Below, in pieces: positions 1 to 11,284 of a stretch of 64,000 nucleotides of DNA. Under the pieces are notes generated by a model, which saw only the letters and a program-made list of their open reading frames with translations, did not search any database and was not told the origin of the DNA. How positions within the stretch are numbered: position 1 is the first letter of the stretch; each line of letters opens with the position of its first letter. The position numbers and the translations under genes were made by a program. The DNA is taken from assembly GCF_001194135.2 (NCBI RefSeq), contig NC_068982.1:67600042-67664041 (forward strand), in the 5' to 3' direction. This DNA comes from Octopus bimaculoides (Eukaryota).

Positions 1-375
1 TAGCAAAATGTGGAATCTGAAGACGAAAACAATACCTATTGTCATAGGTGCCCTGGGAATGACAGCGAAACGGGCTGATTACTACCTAGCTCAGATACCA
101 GGAAACCCCAAAATAGCTGAAGTTCAAAAGATAGTGCTCATGGGAACTACCCATATCCTACGTAAAATACTGTCTATGTGATCTCAAATTTTAAAGCAAA
201 CACATAATTTTCTTATGGTTTCTTAAACATTCACTTGAACAAAACTGTACAAATCCAAATATATGGTACCCTAGGCATAACACCTACATGAACTTCTAAC
301 TTGTTGTCTCTTGAGGTCTCTGGGTGAGACTTGGATCCAACTTGTACAAATGCAAAACAAAAGTCAAAGATAAAA
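1..375 (+). mobile_element. 3' end of R4/Dong-like RLE non-LTR retrotransposon (TAA family, copy 1)
   Basis: Frame from nt 2 reads SKMWNLKTKTIPIVIGALGMTAKRADYYLAQIPGNPKIAEVQKIVLMGTTHILRKILSM* (stop 179-181), matching the PIVIGALG...QK.VL.GT.HILRK.L C-terminus of R4-clade RLE proteins. The 3' UTR ends in (TAA)n and recurs at 498-960 and 2671-2888. Confidence 0.8.
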
Positions 376-391
376 TAATAATAATGATAAA

Positions 392-497
392 TGCCCTGAT
401 GCAGTACCAGGCACTGACAATCATGGCTTCTAATCTTAACTGATTGGAAGCGTTATCATGTGCATGTTTTGTCTTGGTAATAAGACGAGCAGAAGTA
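392..497 (+). mobile_element. Fragment of non-coding TAA-flanked repeat (family X), fused to the next Dong-like copy
   Basis: TGCCCTGATGCAGTACCAGG...GTTTTGTCTTGGT aligns with 2209-2295 and starts at the same point. Confidence 0.6.
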
Positions 498-960
498 AGA
501 CTAAAACAATACCTGTTGTCATAGGTGCCCTAGGAATGAAAGCAAAAGGGGCTGACTGCTACCGATTTCAGATACCAGGAAATCCAAAAATAGAAGAAAT
601 TCACAAACTAGTGCTCATGGGAACTGCTCATATCATACGAAAAATATTGCCTATGTAATCCCCAAAACATTTTAATCTGTAAACATTGTCAAAAGTACTT
701 TTAAAGACGCATAATAGCAAATACTTTTTACTGTCATCTTAACATCACATTATCATCTTATAATCAAATTTCTCTTAAAACAAACTTCTAATTTACTTAT
801 GCTCTGACAGACATTCTCTAGAACAATATTCTGCGCAAAACCAAAAATATGGAACCCTAGTCATAACACCAACTAACTTCTAACTTGTTGTCTCTTGAGG
901 TCTCTGGACGAGACTTGGAGTCAACTTATACAAATACAAAGCAAAAGCCAAACGTAAAAT
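498..960 (+). mobile_element. 3' end of R4/Dong-like element (TAA family, copy 2, 5'-truncated)
   Basis: ORF 458-658 carries KTKTIPVVIGALG...LVLMGTAHIIRKILPM; the 3' UTR is homologous to 181-375 and ends in TATAATAAT. Confidence 0.8.
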
Positions 961-980
961 TATAATAATACGACCATAGT

Positions 981-1235
981 GGAATTTGAACTCAGAACGT
1001 ACCGACGGGTGAAATACCGCTAAGCATTTTACTCAGTGTGCTAACGATCCTGCCAGATCGTCACATTCGTTATAATAATGATGCTGATGTTGATTGAGTC
1101 CAAATTCCAGCGAGGCGGGCTTTGCCTTTCATCCTTTCGGCGTCGATTAAATGAATACCAGTTGAGTACTGAGGTCGATATAATCGACTGGCCCCTCCCA
1201 CTAAAATTTCAGACCTTGTGCTTATAATAGAAACG
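981..1235. mobile_element. Two partial tRNA-headed SINE (family A) fragments in opposite orientations
   Basis: 981-1065 is the reverse complement of the head; 1092-1235 is the plus-strand body with GCCTTTCATCCTTTCGG-GTCGAT. Confidence 0.65.
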
Positions 1236-1384
1236 ATTCAGTTTAGCACAGCTCCAGAAAACAGTGTTATTAGGGACAGCTAGGATACTTACGAGGGTTC
1301 TTGACATCTAAGGTTACTTGTAGCCCGATGTTAGGAATTTTTCTTTTCCAACTGTCTAATCTGTTGTGTGTATATGTGTAATAA

Positions 1385-1582
1385 AGGTTTAAAATTTTGC
1401 TACAAGGGCAGCAATTTGTGGGGACAGGATAAGTCGATTACATCGACCCTACTGTTCATCTTGTACTTATTTTATCGGCCCCGAAAGGTAAAGTCGACCT
1501 CGGCAGATTTTGAACTCAGAATGTAGAGACGGGCGAAATACCACTAAGCATTTCGTCCGGCGCGCTAACGACTCTGCCAGCA
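1385..1582 (-). mobile_element. SINE family A
   Basis: Near full-length match to the other copies, such as 10813-11030 and 31073-31269; reverse-strand B-box-like TTCTGAGTTCAAAATC. Confidence 0.8.
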
Positions 1583-1589
1583 CTCTGTT

Positions 1590-1632
<43 letters not shown>

Positions 1633-1633
<1 letters not shown>

Positions 1634-1835
1634 CCTTTCTATCATAGACACAAGGCCCGAAGGTTTGGGGGAGGGGACTAGTCGATTACATCAATCCCAG
1701 AATTTCACTGGTACTTAATTTATCGACCTCGAAAGGATGAGAGTCGATCTCGGCAGAATTTTAACTGAGAATGTAGCGATGGGCGAAATACCGCTAAGCA
1801 TTTTGTCCAGCGCGCTAACGATTCTGGCAGCCCTC
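1633..1835 (-). mobile_element. SINE family A
   Basis: Same family, tandem to the previous copy and separated by (AAT)n. Confidence 0.8.
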
Positions 1836-1840
1836 TGTTT

Positions 1841-1860
1841 TAATAATAATAATAATAATG

Positions 1861-1915
<55 letters not shown>

Positions 1916-1953
1916 TGATGATGATGATGATAATAATAATAATAATAATGATA
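1841..1953. repeat. Compound (AAT)n/(GAT)n microsatellite
   Basis: Read directly from the sequence. Confidence 0.95.
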
Positions 1954-2208
1954 ATTGGAACGACTCATGTACTGAGAAGAGCATTATCGCTGTGAAAACA
2001 ACATTAATTAATTAATTCTTTTTTTTCTTTTCTTAAATACATGTTTTACCTGTGAATTTGCGTGTGTAAACTGGGAATGCATACAACGAGTTTCTCTGCC
2101 CTAGGTGTATGGAAAACACTCGGCGAGAAATGGAAGAAAATTTGAAGAAAGAAGAAAAAAAACAAAATAATAATAATAATAATAATAATAATAGTAATAA
2201 TAATAATA

Positions 2209-2618
2209 TGCCCTTATGCAGTGCAAGGTACTGACTCTCATGGCTTCTGACCTTAACCGATTGGAAGTGTTAATCATGTACATGTTTTGTCTTGGTATAA
2301 AAGATGGGCTACAGCGAATATTCTACTCACTACCAGAGTTTTGCTTGTCAGTTGTTTGACCTTAACCAATTAAGCATGCCCCTTAGTGGTTGACGATATG
2401 TGCATCTCTGATCACAAGCAGAAGCAGTGGAGGAGTGTTGAGAGGAATTCTTTGGGGTTTGAATAATTCACCTCTGGAAATATGGGTGCTTCGTGCACAT
2501 GTGGTTGTGATGCATGCGCTTGGTGCACCCTTATCAGACGAGTAGTCATGATGGGTATACTGGGCTTCGTATATTTTACCCCAGTGTCACTTTGATGGCA
2601 TGCACTGCGCTCTCACTC
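2209..2618 (+). mobile_element. Non-coding TAA-flanked repeat (family X)
   Basis: Homologous to 392-497, flanked by (TAA)n on both sides, ends ...GCTCTCACTC(AAT)n. Confidence 0.6.
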
Positions 2619-2657
<39 letters not shown>

Positions 2658-2670
2658 TATTATTATTATT

Positions 2671-2886
2671 TTATGTTTGACTTTTGCTTTGCATTTGTAC
2701 AAGTTGGATCCAAGTCTCACCCAGAGACCTCAAGAGACAACAAGTTAGAAGTTCATGTAGGTGTTATGCCTAGGGTACCGTATATTTGGATTTGTACATA
2801 GTGTTGTTCTAGAGAATGTTTAAGAAACCATAAGAAAATTATGTTTGTTTTAAAATTTGAGATCACATAGTATTTTACGTAGGATA

Positions 2887-2888
<2 letters not shown>
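2671..2888 (-). mobile_element. R4/Dong-like 3' UTR (TAA family, copy 3), heavily 5'-truncated
   Basis: Reverse complement of about 155-375; (TAA)n tracts on both flanks (2657-2670 and 2889-2968). Confidence 0.8.
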
Positions 2889-2956
<68 letters not shown>

Positions 2957-2968
2957 GTTATTATTATT

Positions 2969-5935
2969 GGTCACGAGGGCCGCACACAAAACAAAGGACA
3001 GTGCGGCGGGCGGACACCCCTCTCCTCTTCATTCCCTCAGTCCTACAGTTGCGTATTCGGAGTAGTGTCATTCACGCGAACCATCCTCGCCAAATTTACC
3101 CACCTTTCAACAAAATTACTGAGGAGCAGCACTTTCCCCTTTGTCGTCACTTTCTTTATCAAGTGGAACTTGAAAAAGTCGATGTGGCCTTGGCCGAAGG
3201 AGTAGGTATCTGTTTTCAGTCCTTTCAACCTTGTTCACCATACTATTTCTTTCGCCACAGTCACCAAACAGAGGAAAACTGCCTGCTCTTCCAGGCCAAA
3301 GAAAGGTGGCACGGCGATAACCGGATAACTCGGCCGATAACCGGATAACTTGGCCGATAACCGGATTTATCCAACACAGTTGGTCGACAGTTGGTCGACA
3401 GTTGGTCGACAGTTGGTCGACAAAGCTCCACAAGTCAGCAATGTCCGGACACTGGACGTGTGCATACAGAGTGGTGAGGAAACCACTCTGCGCGCATCTC
3501 AGGTAGGTTCGTCTGACAGCGCTTTTGTACCTGTAGATCTTGTCTTGAACTGCAGAGACCCCCGTTAGCACTTCCAGGCCAGGAATCTCTCGAAATTATC
3601 CATAGGTCCAGCTCGAAAGTCCTCCGGAAAGCTGACGTCCAGAGACTCCCCAAGGACGTTATCGCTCTGACCCGAAGCAGGATCAGATGCCTCTCGAAAC
3701 ACTTTGGACAAAACATTGTAATCTGCGTTTAATAGAGTTATCTATTTCGTCCCCCTTGTTCGCTTCTTTCTTGACAGCATTACCACACCACGGCTCGCAG
3801 CACTGGGAATTCTCCTGTTCTATTGCCAGTTGCAGTAGACATTCGCCAGGAGATCACCAAACAATTCTGGCATATGAAGGTAAAGCTCTAAGGACAGACC
3901 ATCCGGCCCCGGAGACTTCTCTCTTGTGCAGCTAGTCATCGCATCCGCTATTTCTTCGGCTGTTATCTGCATTTCATAGAACTCTGCGTCCCTGGAAGAA
4001 GGTGAAATCCATCCCGATTTGTTCTTGCCACGCGCTCCGTATAGTTCAGCAGGAAAGCGCCGCTGAAATTCCGCACGCATCTACTTGGACTCAAGTAGCA
4101 AGAGCCCGTCGTGGCCTGTCAAAGACCGAATTGTGGATTTGTTGTCACATTGCACCTCCGTCAACCAGGTCCATCGAACGGCTTTGATCCTCTCGTGTTT
4201 TAGTGCACACACCCTAGCTCTGACAACACAACCTTCGTGCTTGGTATTGAAGAATTGATCAAGAGTCAATCTCTCCGCCAGCACATCGGTCGATATACCT
4301 TTACTAAGTGCCTCTTCTGGTTTCCTAACTAGGTCTCTCTCTATTCTAGATTCTTCTAACGTTAATTCTTTACAAAACGATAATATCTGTCTTTTCAGGG
4401 CTATTTACCGTCGGTTGTTGATGATTGCACGCCACAACTTCCCATGGAATAACTTGTTAACCCGGTTATTGAAAGCTTGATGCGCCGGAAAAGATGCGTT
4501 CAGTTTCCAGTATCCGAGGACCTGCATATGAATCCTATATAGGTCGAACGTACAGGTTGGTGTAGCCGACAACATTGAACTGTGGACAACCTATGCTACT
4601 TCTATTTACTGACCTACAAAATTTTATATCTAGATACGATCTGGAAGGCCCGTGCTGTTTGCCCATGTCCATATTGGTGCATTCGGAAAATCCTGCCGGA
4701 ACCTATCAGACGCTTGGAAGCGGCTGAGCAGGTTTGTGAGTCTTTTACGCTCCCCTCTCCTATCGGCTAGCTCCACCCTAACCAGGCATGCATCCAAGAT
4801 GGCGTCCCACTCGCCCACGAGCACTAAAAAGCGATATGTCCCAAGGAAAACTTCCAAGCGTTTGAAGAAATCTGGCTGCCCAGTCCCTGTGGGGGCGTAC
4901 ACAGTGACTAGTCTAAAAGCATCATCATCGCTATTGTTCACATCCAGGAGCACCGGGTCCAGAAAGATCAATCGTACCTCAAGATCCAGGCCTTTTCTTA
5001 CTAGCTGCCACCCGCCTCCCATTCCAGGACGATTAAGGAATGCGTAAGTCTCAAATTTGTCAAAAATGGGAGCTAGTATGCGCGTGTCAGAAACTCTGGT
5101 CTTACTGGCGGCTATCACGTCCAAACCTAGCAGCCTGAGATCATTGAACAAGCAACCTTGCTTCCAGGACAATCTCAGACACGTACATTTATGCAACCGA
5201 TGCTAACATTCGTCCTGTTGGCTGGAGACAGTTGAGAGAAAAGAAAAAGATGGGAGGGGGGGTCACTTACCATCCCGGTACAGTCGGCGGGCGGGTGTCC
5301 CGACCTCCGAGTTTGGTTGGGGTTCTTTTGGGAACCTCTTTAAAAGTTTGCTCATGACACTTACATTCGGGGTTTCCATGTCGTAGGAAGAAATCTCTCG
5401 GATGTTCTTGTTTATGTTAAGTGGCATCCGCACTAGCATTAAGTCATTTGGCACTTTACGAGTGCTGGTGTCATAAATTCCAACCCATCTCTCTACATAT
5501 TTATTTCGTGCTATTGAGGGCCATTAATTTATTGTTGGCTCTCCTCGCAAGCATGAAGTTTGGTGTCTGTGTGGTTGACTGTTGCGTTAGCTTTCTTTTT
5601 GTGGCGAGATGGGATTTTGATAGTGTTGGTGATGCTGGTGGTGGTAGCGGTAGTTGTGTTGACGGCTGTGGTGCTGGCAGAGTTGGATGAGAAAATACAG
5701 ATTCTGCAAGGACAGAATATGAGTTTTTTTCCTGAATGATAAACCAAAGGAAACTCATCTAACGCACTAGGTCCTTCAGTATTAGCAAGCATTACCGAAA
5801 CCCTAGAATTTGTATACGACCAATAGACGACAATACGTTAGTACGAGTTACCAATGGTAAAAACTCGCATGAAACATTCTTTTTCTTGCCGCCTTGCCAC
5901 AAGCAGTTTACTCATCTCAACGCTATTTATTTTGT
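2969..5935 (-). mobile_element. Decayed L1/Tx1-clade LINE: ORF1 remnant, AP endonuclease, RT N-terminus and C-terminal zf-RVT-like region; RT core deleted
   Basis: ORF 4630-5196 is APE-like (FRLVTVYAP, LVLVGEWDAILD, WTW). ORF 3820-4080 has KSPGPDGL. ITLLNADYNVLSKV lies near 3700-3735 and then jumps to a degenerate CCHC-knuckle region (RCAQS...HVQCPDIADLWSFV). The 3' end abuts (AAT)n. Confidence 0.8.
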
Positions 5936-6529
5936 CTCAGGATCGTCAGCATACGGCTCAAAGAAAGAAGCTAACAACCTATATTTCATTTTTCGTATCA
6001 TTTCGTGGTGGTGATCGCTATTAAAATTAACGGTGAATACAATATTTTTTCAGAAAAGTGTAATTAAGAATGTAAGCAAGAAACTCATGGTACGGAGGCA
6101 AACAAAGGACAAATGTAACAGTATCCAATGAGTAAATAGTAAGACTTGTATTTTCGTTATAGAATTCTTATTGTAATTTAACTTAGCTTTGGAATGAAAA
6201 AAAAAATCAAACATAATAATAAATTTTTTAAATGTTACAATGTCACGTATTTGTTCGGGTGATGGAATGGAGGGGAGGTATGTAGTCAATTAAATTGATC
6301 CTAGTATTTGACTAATTCTTCCTCCGGAAGGAGGAAAAGAAAAGTAGCTACTAGCGGGATTTGAATTACCTCAACAATAATAACAATAATAAAGCATAAC
6401 AATGACTGGCATTTGAAAAATACGTCGCACTTTATATGCATACATCTGTATTGACACAATGCATGCATACATAAATACATAAATATATACATACATAGAC
6501 ATACATGCACACACATATACAGACAATAT

Positions 6530-6598
6530 AATTATGTATGTATTTATTATGCATGCATGCATGCATGTATGTATGTATGTATGTATATATACATATAC

Positions 6599-6637
<39 letters not shown>
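6530..6637. repeat. Compound (ATGC)/(ATGT)/(AT)n microsatellite
   Basis: Read directly from the sequence. Confidence 0.9.
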
Positions 6638-8107
6638 AACACGTAAAGGAACATATTGTCTTGTGCTATATGTGAAGGACTATTTGAAATCTTAGCCTAT
6701 GTCTATGTAAACACATTTAACTTCATATGTATTTATGTAAATATATACAGGAAAAGTTAAACCAACAACAGAGAGATACGCCCTATTACTGTAGCTATGT
6801 ATGTTAATATATCTCAGCAGGATAGATGCAGGGTTGGACTCACAAACGCGCGCGCACACATACACACATACACTCATAATTATACGTGCATATGTCCTTC
6901 AGCGCGTGTATAGTTTTATATAACTGTGTTCACATCCCTTCGCATGTGTGTTCATTCCCTTCCTCTTCCACTCATAATTCGGTCATTCATGGTCTTTTTT
7001 TTTTTTGGCAAATTACTTGCTTCTGTATTTTTTACATTTGTACGTTAAGAGGAAAAGTATTATAAAGGGCAATGATAAAAAGACAGGATATATGTATTTG
7101 TTATCATTGAAATACTCATAAAATAGCTTTGTTTATTTTATTCTCGACAAAAGGACAAATAACATTGACAGCCAGCATAGCGGAGTCATCTTAATGTCTG
7201 TCGATTCAATCAAACAAATTATTGTTTCGTAGTACATCTAAAATTTTATTTAAGGAGATGCTACAAGTACAAAAGAAAAAGCAACAATAGCAGATGATGT
7301 AAGCAAATCGACCATTTGAAAAACATAATCCACAATTGAAAATTGCAAGTTAAGTGGAACACATGCTATCATATAGCAATTATATATCACAGATAGCTGG
7401 GTGATCTAGTTGTTACGAATGTTCAAGTCTAAAATAAAGAAGTTTGATATTTCACAAAAATGCTACTCCGGTTAACTTAATCAATTTAATCAACAGTTTA
7501 TTTTATGGACAATGCTCTTGAATCTGTGGAGCTAATCACTCATTTATATCCATTACAACAAAAATTGTAAATATAAACAAAAAAGAATTTGAAATAGTAA
7601 GTTTAATATAGTGAATATATATATAACAACTTAATTTTACGACGGATAAAAGAAAAATTATAATTTTATTGGTAATATTTGATACAGGAAATTTAGAAAA
7701 TTGCAGCTTAGAAAATCGTGAACACTTTTCAGCATATATGGTTTTAGTTTACTCAAGACAAATTTTATTATTACTATTTTTGTTTTGTGTGACCGGAAAT
7801 AAAATAAGAACATCCATTATGGCAAAGATTTGAACTAACGGTTATAGGGTATTGAATGTCTTATAAATAATTCCAGTTCAATTGGGTGTTCTAAATTTAT
7901 ATTCACTGTAAAGAATATGCATACTATGGCAGTGTAGTTCAGCAACCTAAAACCTTTTTTCACGATCCATCCATAATATTGTCTGTGATGTTGTTGTAGT
8001 CATCAAAAATCTGTATTTGTTGAAGCGGCATTTATGTTTTAAAAAAAAATTAGAGAAGTCTGCCTACTTGATATTTTCAAACATGAAATTCATGGATCAC
8101 GCAATAG

Positions 8108-8296
8108 AAGAAGAAGAAGAAGAAGAAGAAGAAGAAGAAGAAGAAGAAGAAGAAGAAGAAGAAGAAGAAGAAGAAGAAGAAGAAGAAGAAGAAGAAGAAG
8201 AAGGAGGAGGAGGAGGAGGAGAAGAAGAAGAAGAAGAATCTGAAGAAGAAGAAGAAGAAGAAGAAGAAGAAGAAGAAGAAGAAGAAGAAGAAGAAG
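8108..8296. repeat. About 190-bp (GAA)n tract with a (GGA)n interruption
   Basis: Read directly; explains the poly-E and poly-L ORFs. Confidence 0.95.
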
Positions 8297-9424
8297 ATGC
8301 AATTGTTATTTCTCTGGAGTGATATATTCAGATTAAAAGTTTAAATATGGAAGCCACCAATCTAACCAAATGAATCATTGAGGGAAACGATGAATACAAT
8401 GTTTGCATAGGTAGGAAATGCAAAATGCATAAATAAACATAGATTGCTTCAGTGGGATTGTTATAAATGTGAATAATAACGATATCTCAAAATTTTTTAT
8501 CCCAACATTTGTATTCTTATTTCTTTCTAATATTTTGAAGGAAACAAAAGTTAGCTGACAACATTTTCAAATTGAAATTTATGCCCTAACCGAAATATTT
8601 TTTTTCTTTTTGGTGTGGGATATTAATATCTTACGTAATATTAACAATTCTGAGCAAACTTCTCTGCCAAACTTTACTAATGAGACCTGCCAGGATCTTG
8701 TTTTTTTTCCCTCATGAATCTTAATAATTTCCACAATCCCCTATATGGGATTCATACAAAGCTAGGTTGGTGAATACTGGTCTAGTTGTACGTCCGTAAT
8801 ACGTCATCTGCTACTGTTGCTACGGCTTTAGCTATTTCTGTTACACTATTGATGGCAATGGTATAAAACAAATGACATTGCAACTATTGCCGCTAAAATT
8901 CAGCAAATATATGAACCAGTCTAACTTTGCTATTAAATTTTCAAACAGCAGACATTCTTGGCTTTTTCTTCCCTAGTCATTCCTGTAAATCGTTCAACAG
9001 TTTCACTTGTTATTTCACATGAGAAGCTCAGCCATCGTCTCAGTTTTTAACTGTAGTTTTTTATTCTTCTGTTGCTTTCTTTTACTTTTCTTATGTCGCT
9101 AAGTAGCAGAGAATGAAAACAAAATAATATTAAATCTCTCTACTTTCCTCCCCGAAATAAGTTATGCTTCTTTGCTGTTTATAGTAATTATAATTTATTT
9201 TTCTTATTTCTACTGCTTCAGGTCATATATATTTACAGCTTATAGCTACTAACCAGCTCAGAAGACATACAACGCATTACTGCACAGACACATTACCGCA
9301 CACATACGCATTACTGTTCACAGATGCGTATTACTGCACATATTTTCATATTATTGTGTATATTTATACTACTATATCATATTGCTGTTACTGTACCTAC
9401 TAAAATTGAAGTACACATTCATAT

Positions 9425-9625
9425 TGGTCTCAAAGTTTGGATCAAGGCTAATGATTCTGGGAGAGGGAGTAAGTCGATTAGATCGATCCAAGTGTTCGAC
9501 GGTAGTTATTTTATCAACCCAGATAGGATGAAAAGTCGACCTCGGCAGAATAAGAACGTAAAAACGGACGAAATGCTACTAAGCATTTTGTCCAGCGTGC
9601 TGACGATTCTTCCAGCTCGGTGCCT
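9425..9625 (-). mobile_element. SINE family A
   Basis: Homologous to the other family A copies. Confidence 0.75.
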
Positions 9626-10339
9626 TCAGTAGTACACTTTCATATTAGTGCATGCATTAAGGTAGTGGCATTTCTACCGGCTCTTTCCATACTGAGTTCA
9701 AATCTCGCAGATTTCGGGGTCTATAAAATAAACCAGTTAAACAGTGAAGCCGATGTAATCGACTAACCCTAAAACTGCTGACCAGAATTTGCTACTATAT
9801 CAGTGCAGACATTCGTATTACTGCACGTATTGAGAACAATTACTGTTGTAGGTTTGTTGAATATTTCCCAACAGCCAGTTGTAGCCAGTTGTAGCGGCTC
9901 AGGTCTTGCTTTGAAGAAACATAACTATGCAACATAACTAGAGGTCATTGTTCCGGATATGCAATATCTCCGTTAATGAGGACCATGCTACATATTCTGA
10001 CGCCTCTGGCTCTGTTGTACAGATGTCTTGTTTTAAAAAGTTCTGAATTAAAATCTTCCACCAAACCTTAGTCACAATTTATGTCCCTACCACTAACTTA
10101 ATGATAACTAAGTTATTTTATTAATTTCTTTGTTATATTTAAAACTAATTGAAAGAAACACAGAGCATCTCAACAGAAATATGGTAACAAAAGGGTTAAT
10201 TATTAGTAATACTGCTTGGCATTGTGGGCGTTAAATTCGTTTCATTGTCTATTTTAATTCTGGATGCGTGTTGATTCTAATAGTGACTACAAGAGAGGCA
10301 AACAAGAAGAATTTGAACCGTTGTTTCTCTGTTACCTCT

Positions 10340-10552
10340 TTGGTCTTGGGCAAAACATTTCATTTTACGTTGCTCTGCGATCACTTCGACACCTGACGCG
10401 TGGTACACCGTGCGCCTGCTCATGCAATGTTGATTTGATGGAGGGAGTGAGCTAATGTGCAGCACATACATTTGATCACTATGGACAAATCCTTTGTGCA
10501 GGTCGTTCGGATAAAGTTGAACACTCATACGTCGTCTCCGACGGGAAAGTCC
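10340..10552 (+). mobile_element. SINE-like family B
   Basis: GATCACTTCGACACCTGAC...GTGAGCTAATGT...TTTGATCACTATG shared with about 42500-42705. Confidence 0.6.
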
Positions 10553-10581
10553 ATCATCATTATTATCATTAGAGTTTTGAA

Positions 10582-10800
10582 GGCAGCGAACTGACAGAAT
10601 CGTTAGCAAGCCGGACGAAATGCTTGGTGGAATTTTTTCCAGCTTTACGTTCTCAGTTTAAATTTCGCCGAGAACGACTTAGCATTTCACCCTTTCGGGG
10701 ACGACAAAATAAATACTAGTTAAGTACTGGGTGGGTGGGGTGTCAATGTAATCGACTAGCCTCTTCCCCACAAATTTCAAGCAGTGTGACTTTAGTAGAA
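10582..10800 (+). mobile_element. SINE family A
   Basis: Head GGCAGCGAACTGACAGAATCGTTAGC; tail GAAAGAATTATTATT. Confidence 0.8.
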
Positions 10801-10812
10801 AGAATTATTATT

Positions 10813-11030
10813 CTTTTCTATTCTAGGCACACATCCCGAAATTTTGTGGGAGGAGGCCAGTCGATTAGATCGATGCCAGTACACAACTGGTACTTAATTT
10901 ATCGACCCCGAAAGGATAGAAAACAAAGTCGATCTCGGCGGAATTTGAACTCAGAACGTAAAGACAGACGAAATACCGCTAAGCATTTCGCCCGGTGTAC
11001 TAACGCTTCTGCCAGCTTGCCGCCCTAGAC
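10813..11030 (-). mobile_element. SINE family A with 12-bp TSD
   Basis: TSD AGAATTATTATT at 10801-10812 and 11031-11042. Confidence 0.9.
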
Positions 11031-11053
11031 AGAATTATTATTGGAGTTACAAA

Positions 11054-11284
11054 GGCGACGAGCTGGTAGAATCGTTGGCACGTCGAACAAAAAGCTTCGC
11101 GGCATTTCTTCCCGCTCTTTTTATTCCGTGTTCAGATCCCACCGACGTCAACTTTGCTTTCATCCTTTCGGCGCCAATAATGTAAAGTACCAGTCAAATA
11201 CTGGGATCGATATAATCGACTTGTCCCACCCACCCAACTCTTCCACATAATTCAGGCCTTGTGGCAATATTAGAAAGAATTATT
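11054..11284 (+). mobile_element. SINE family A
   Basis: Head GGCGACGAGCTGGTAGAATCGTTGGCACG. Confidence 0.8.

Noticed and set aside
1715-2989. ORFs with poly-N, poly-L and poly-Y
   Set aside because: Translations of (AAT)n tracts; the same applies to poly-E at 8017, CV/YV/HT repeats, SL/RE repeats and LT repeats elsewhere.
8760-9110. Minus-strand stretches that read protein-like (VTEIAKAVATVADDVLRTYN; SETVERFTGMTREEKAK)
   Set aside because: Stops in all frames, no consistent splice chain and no recognisable family.
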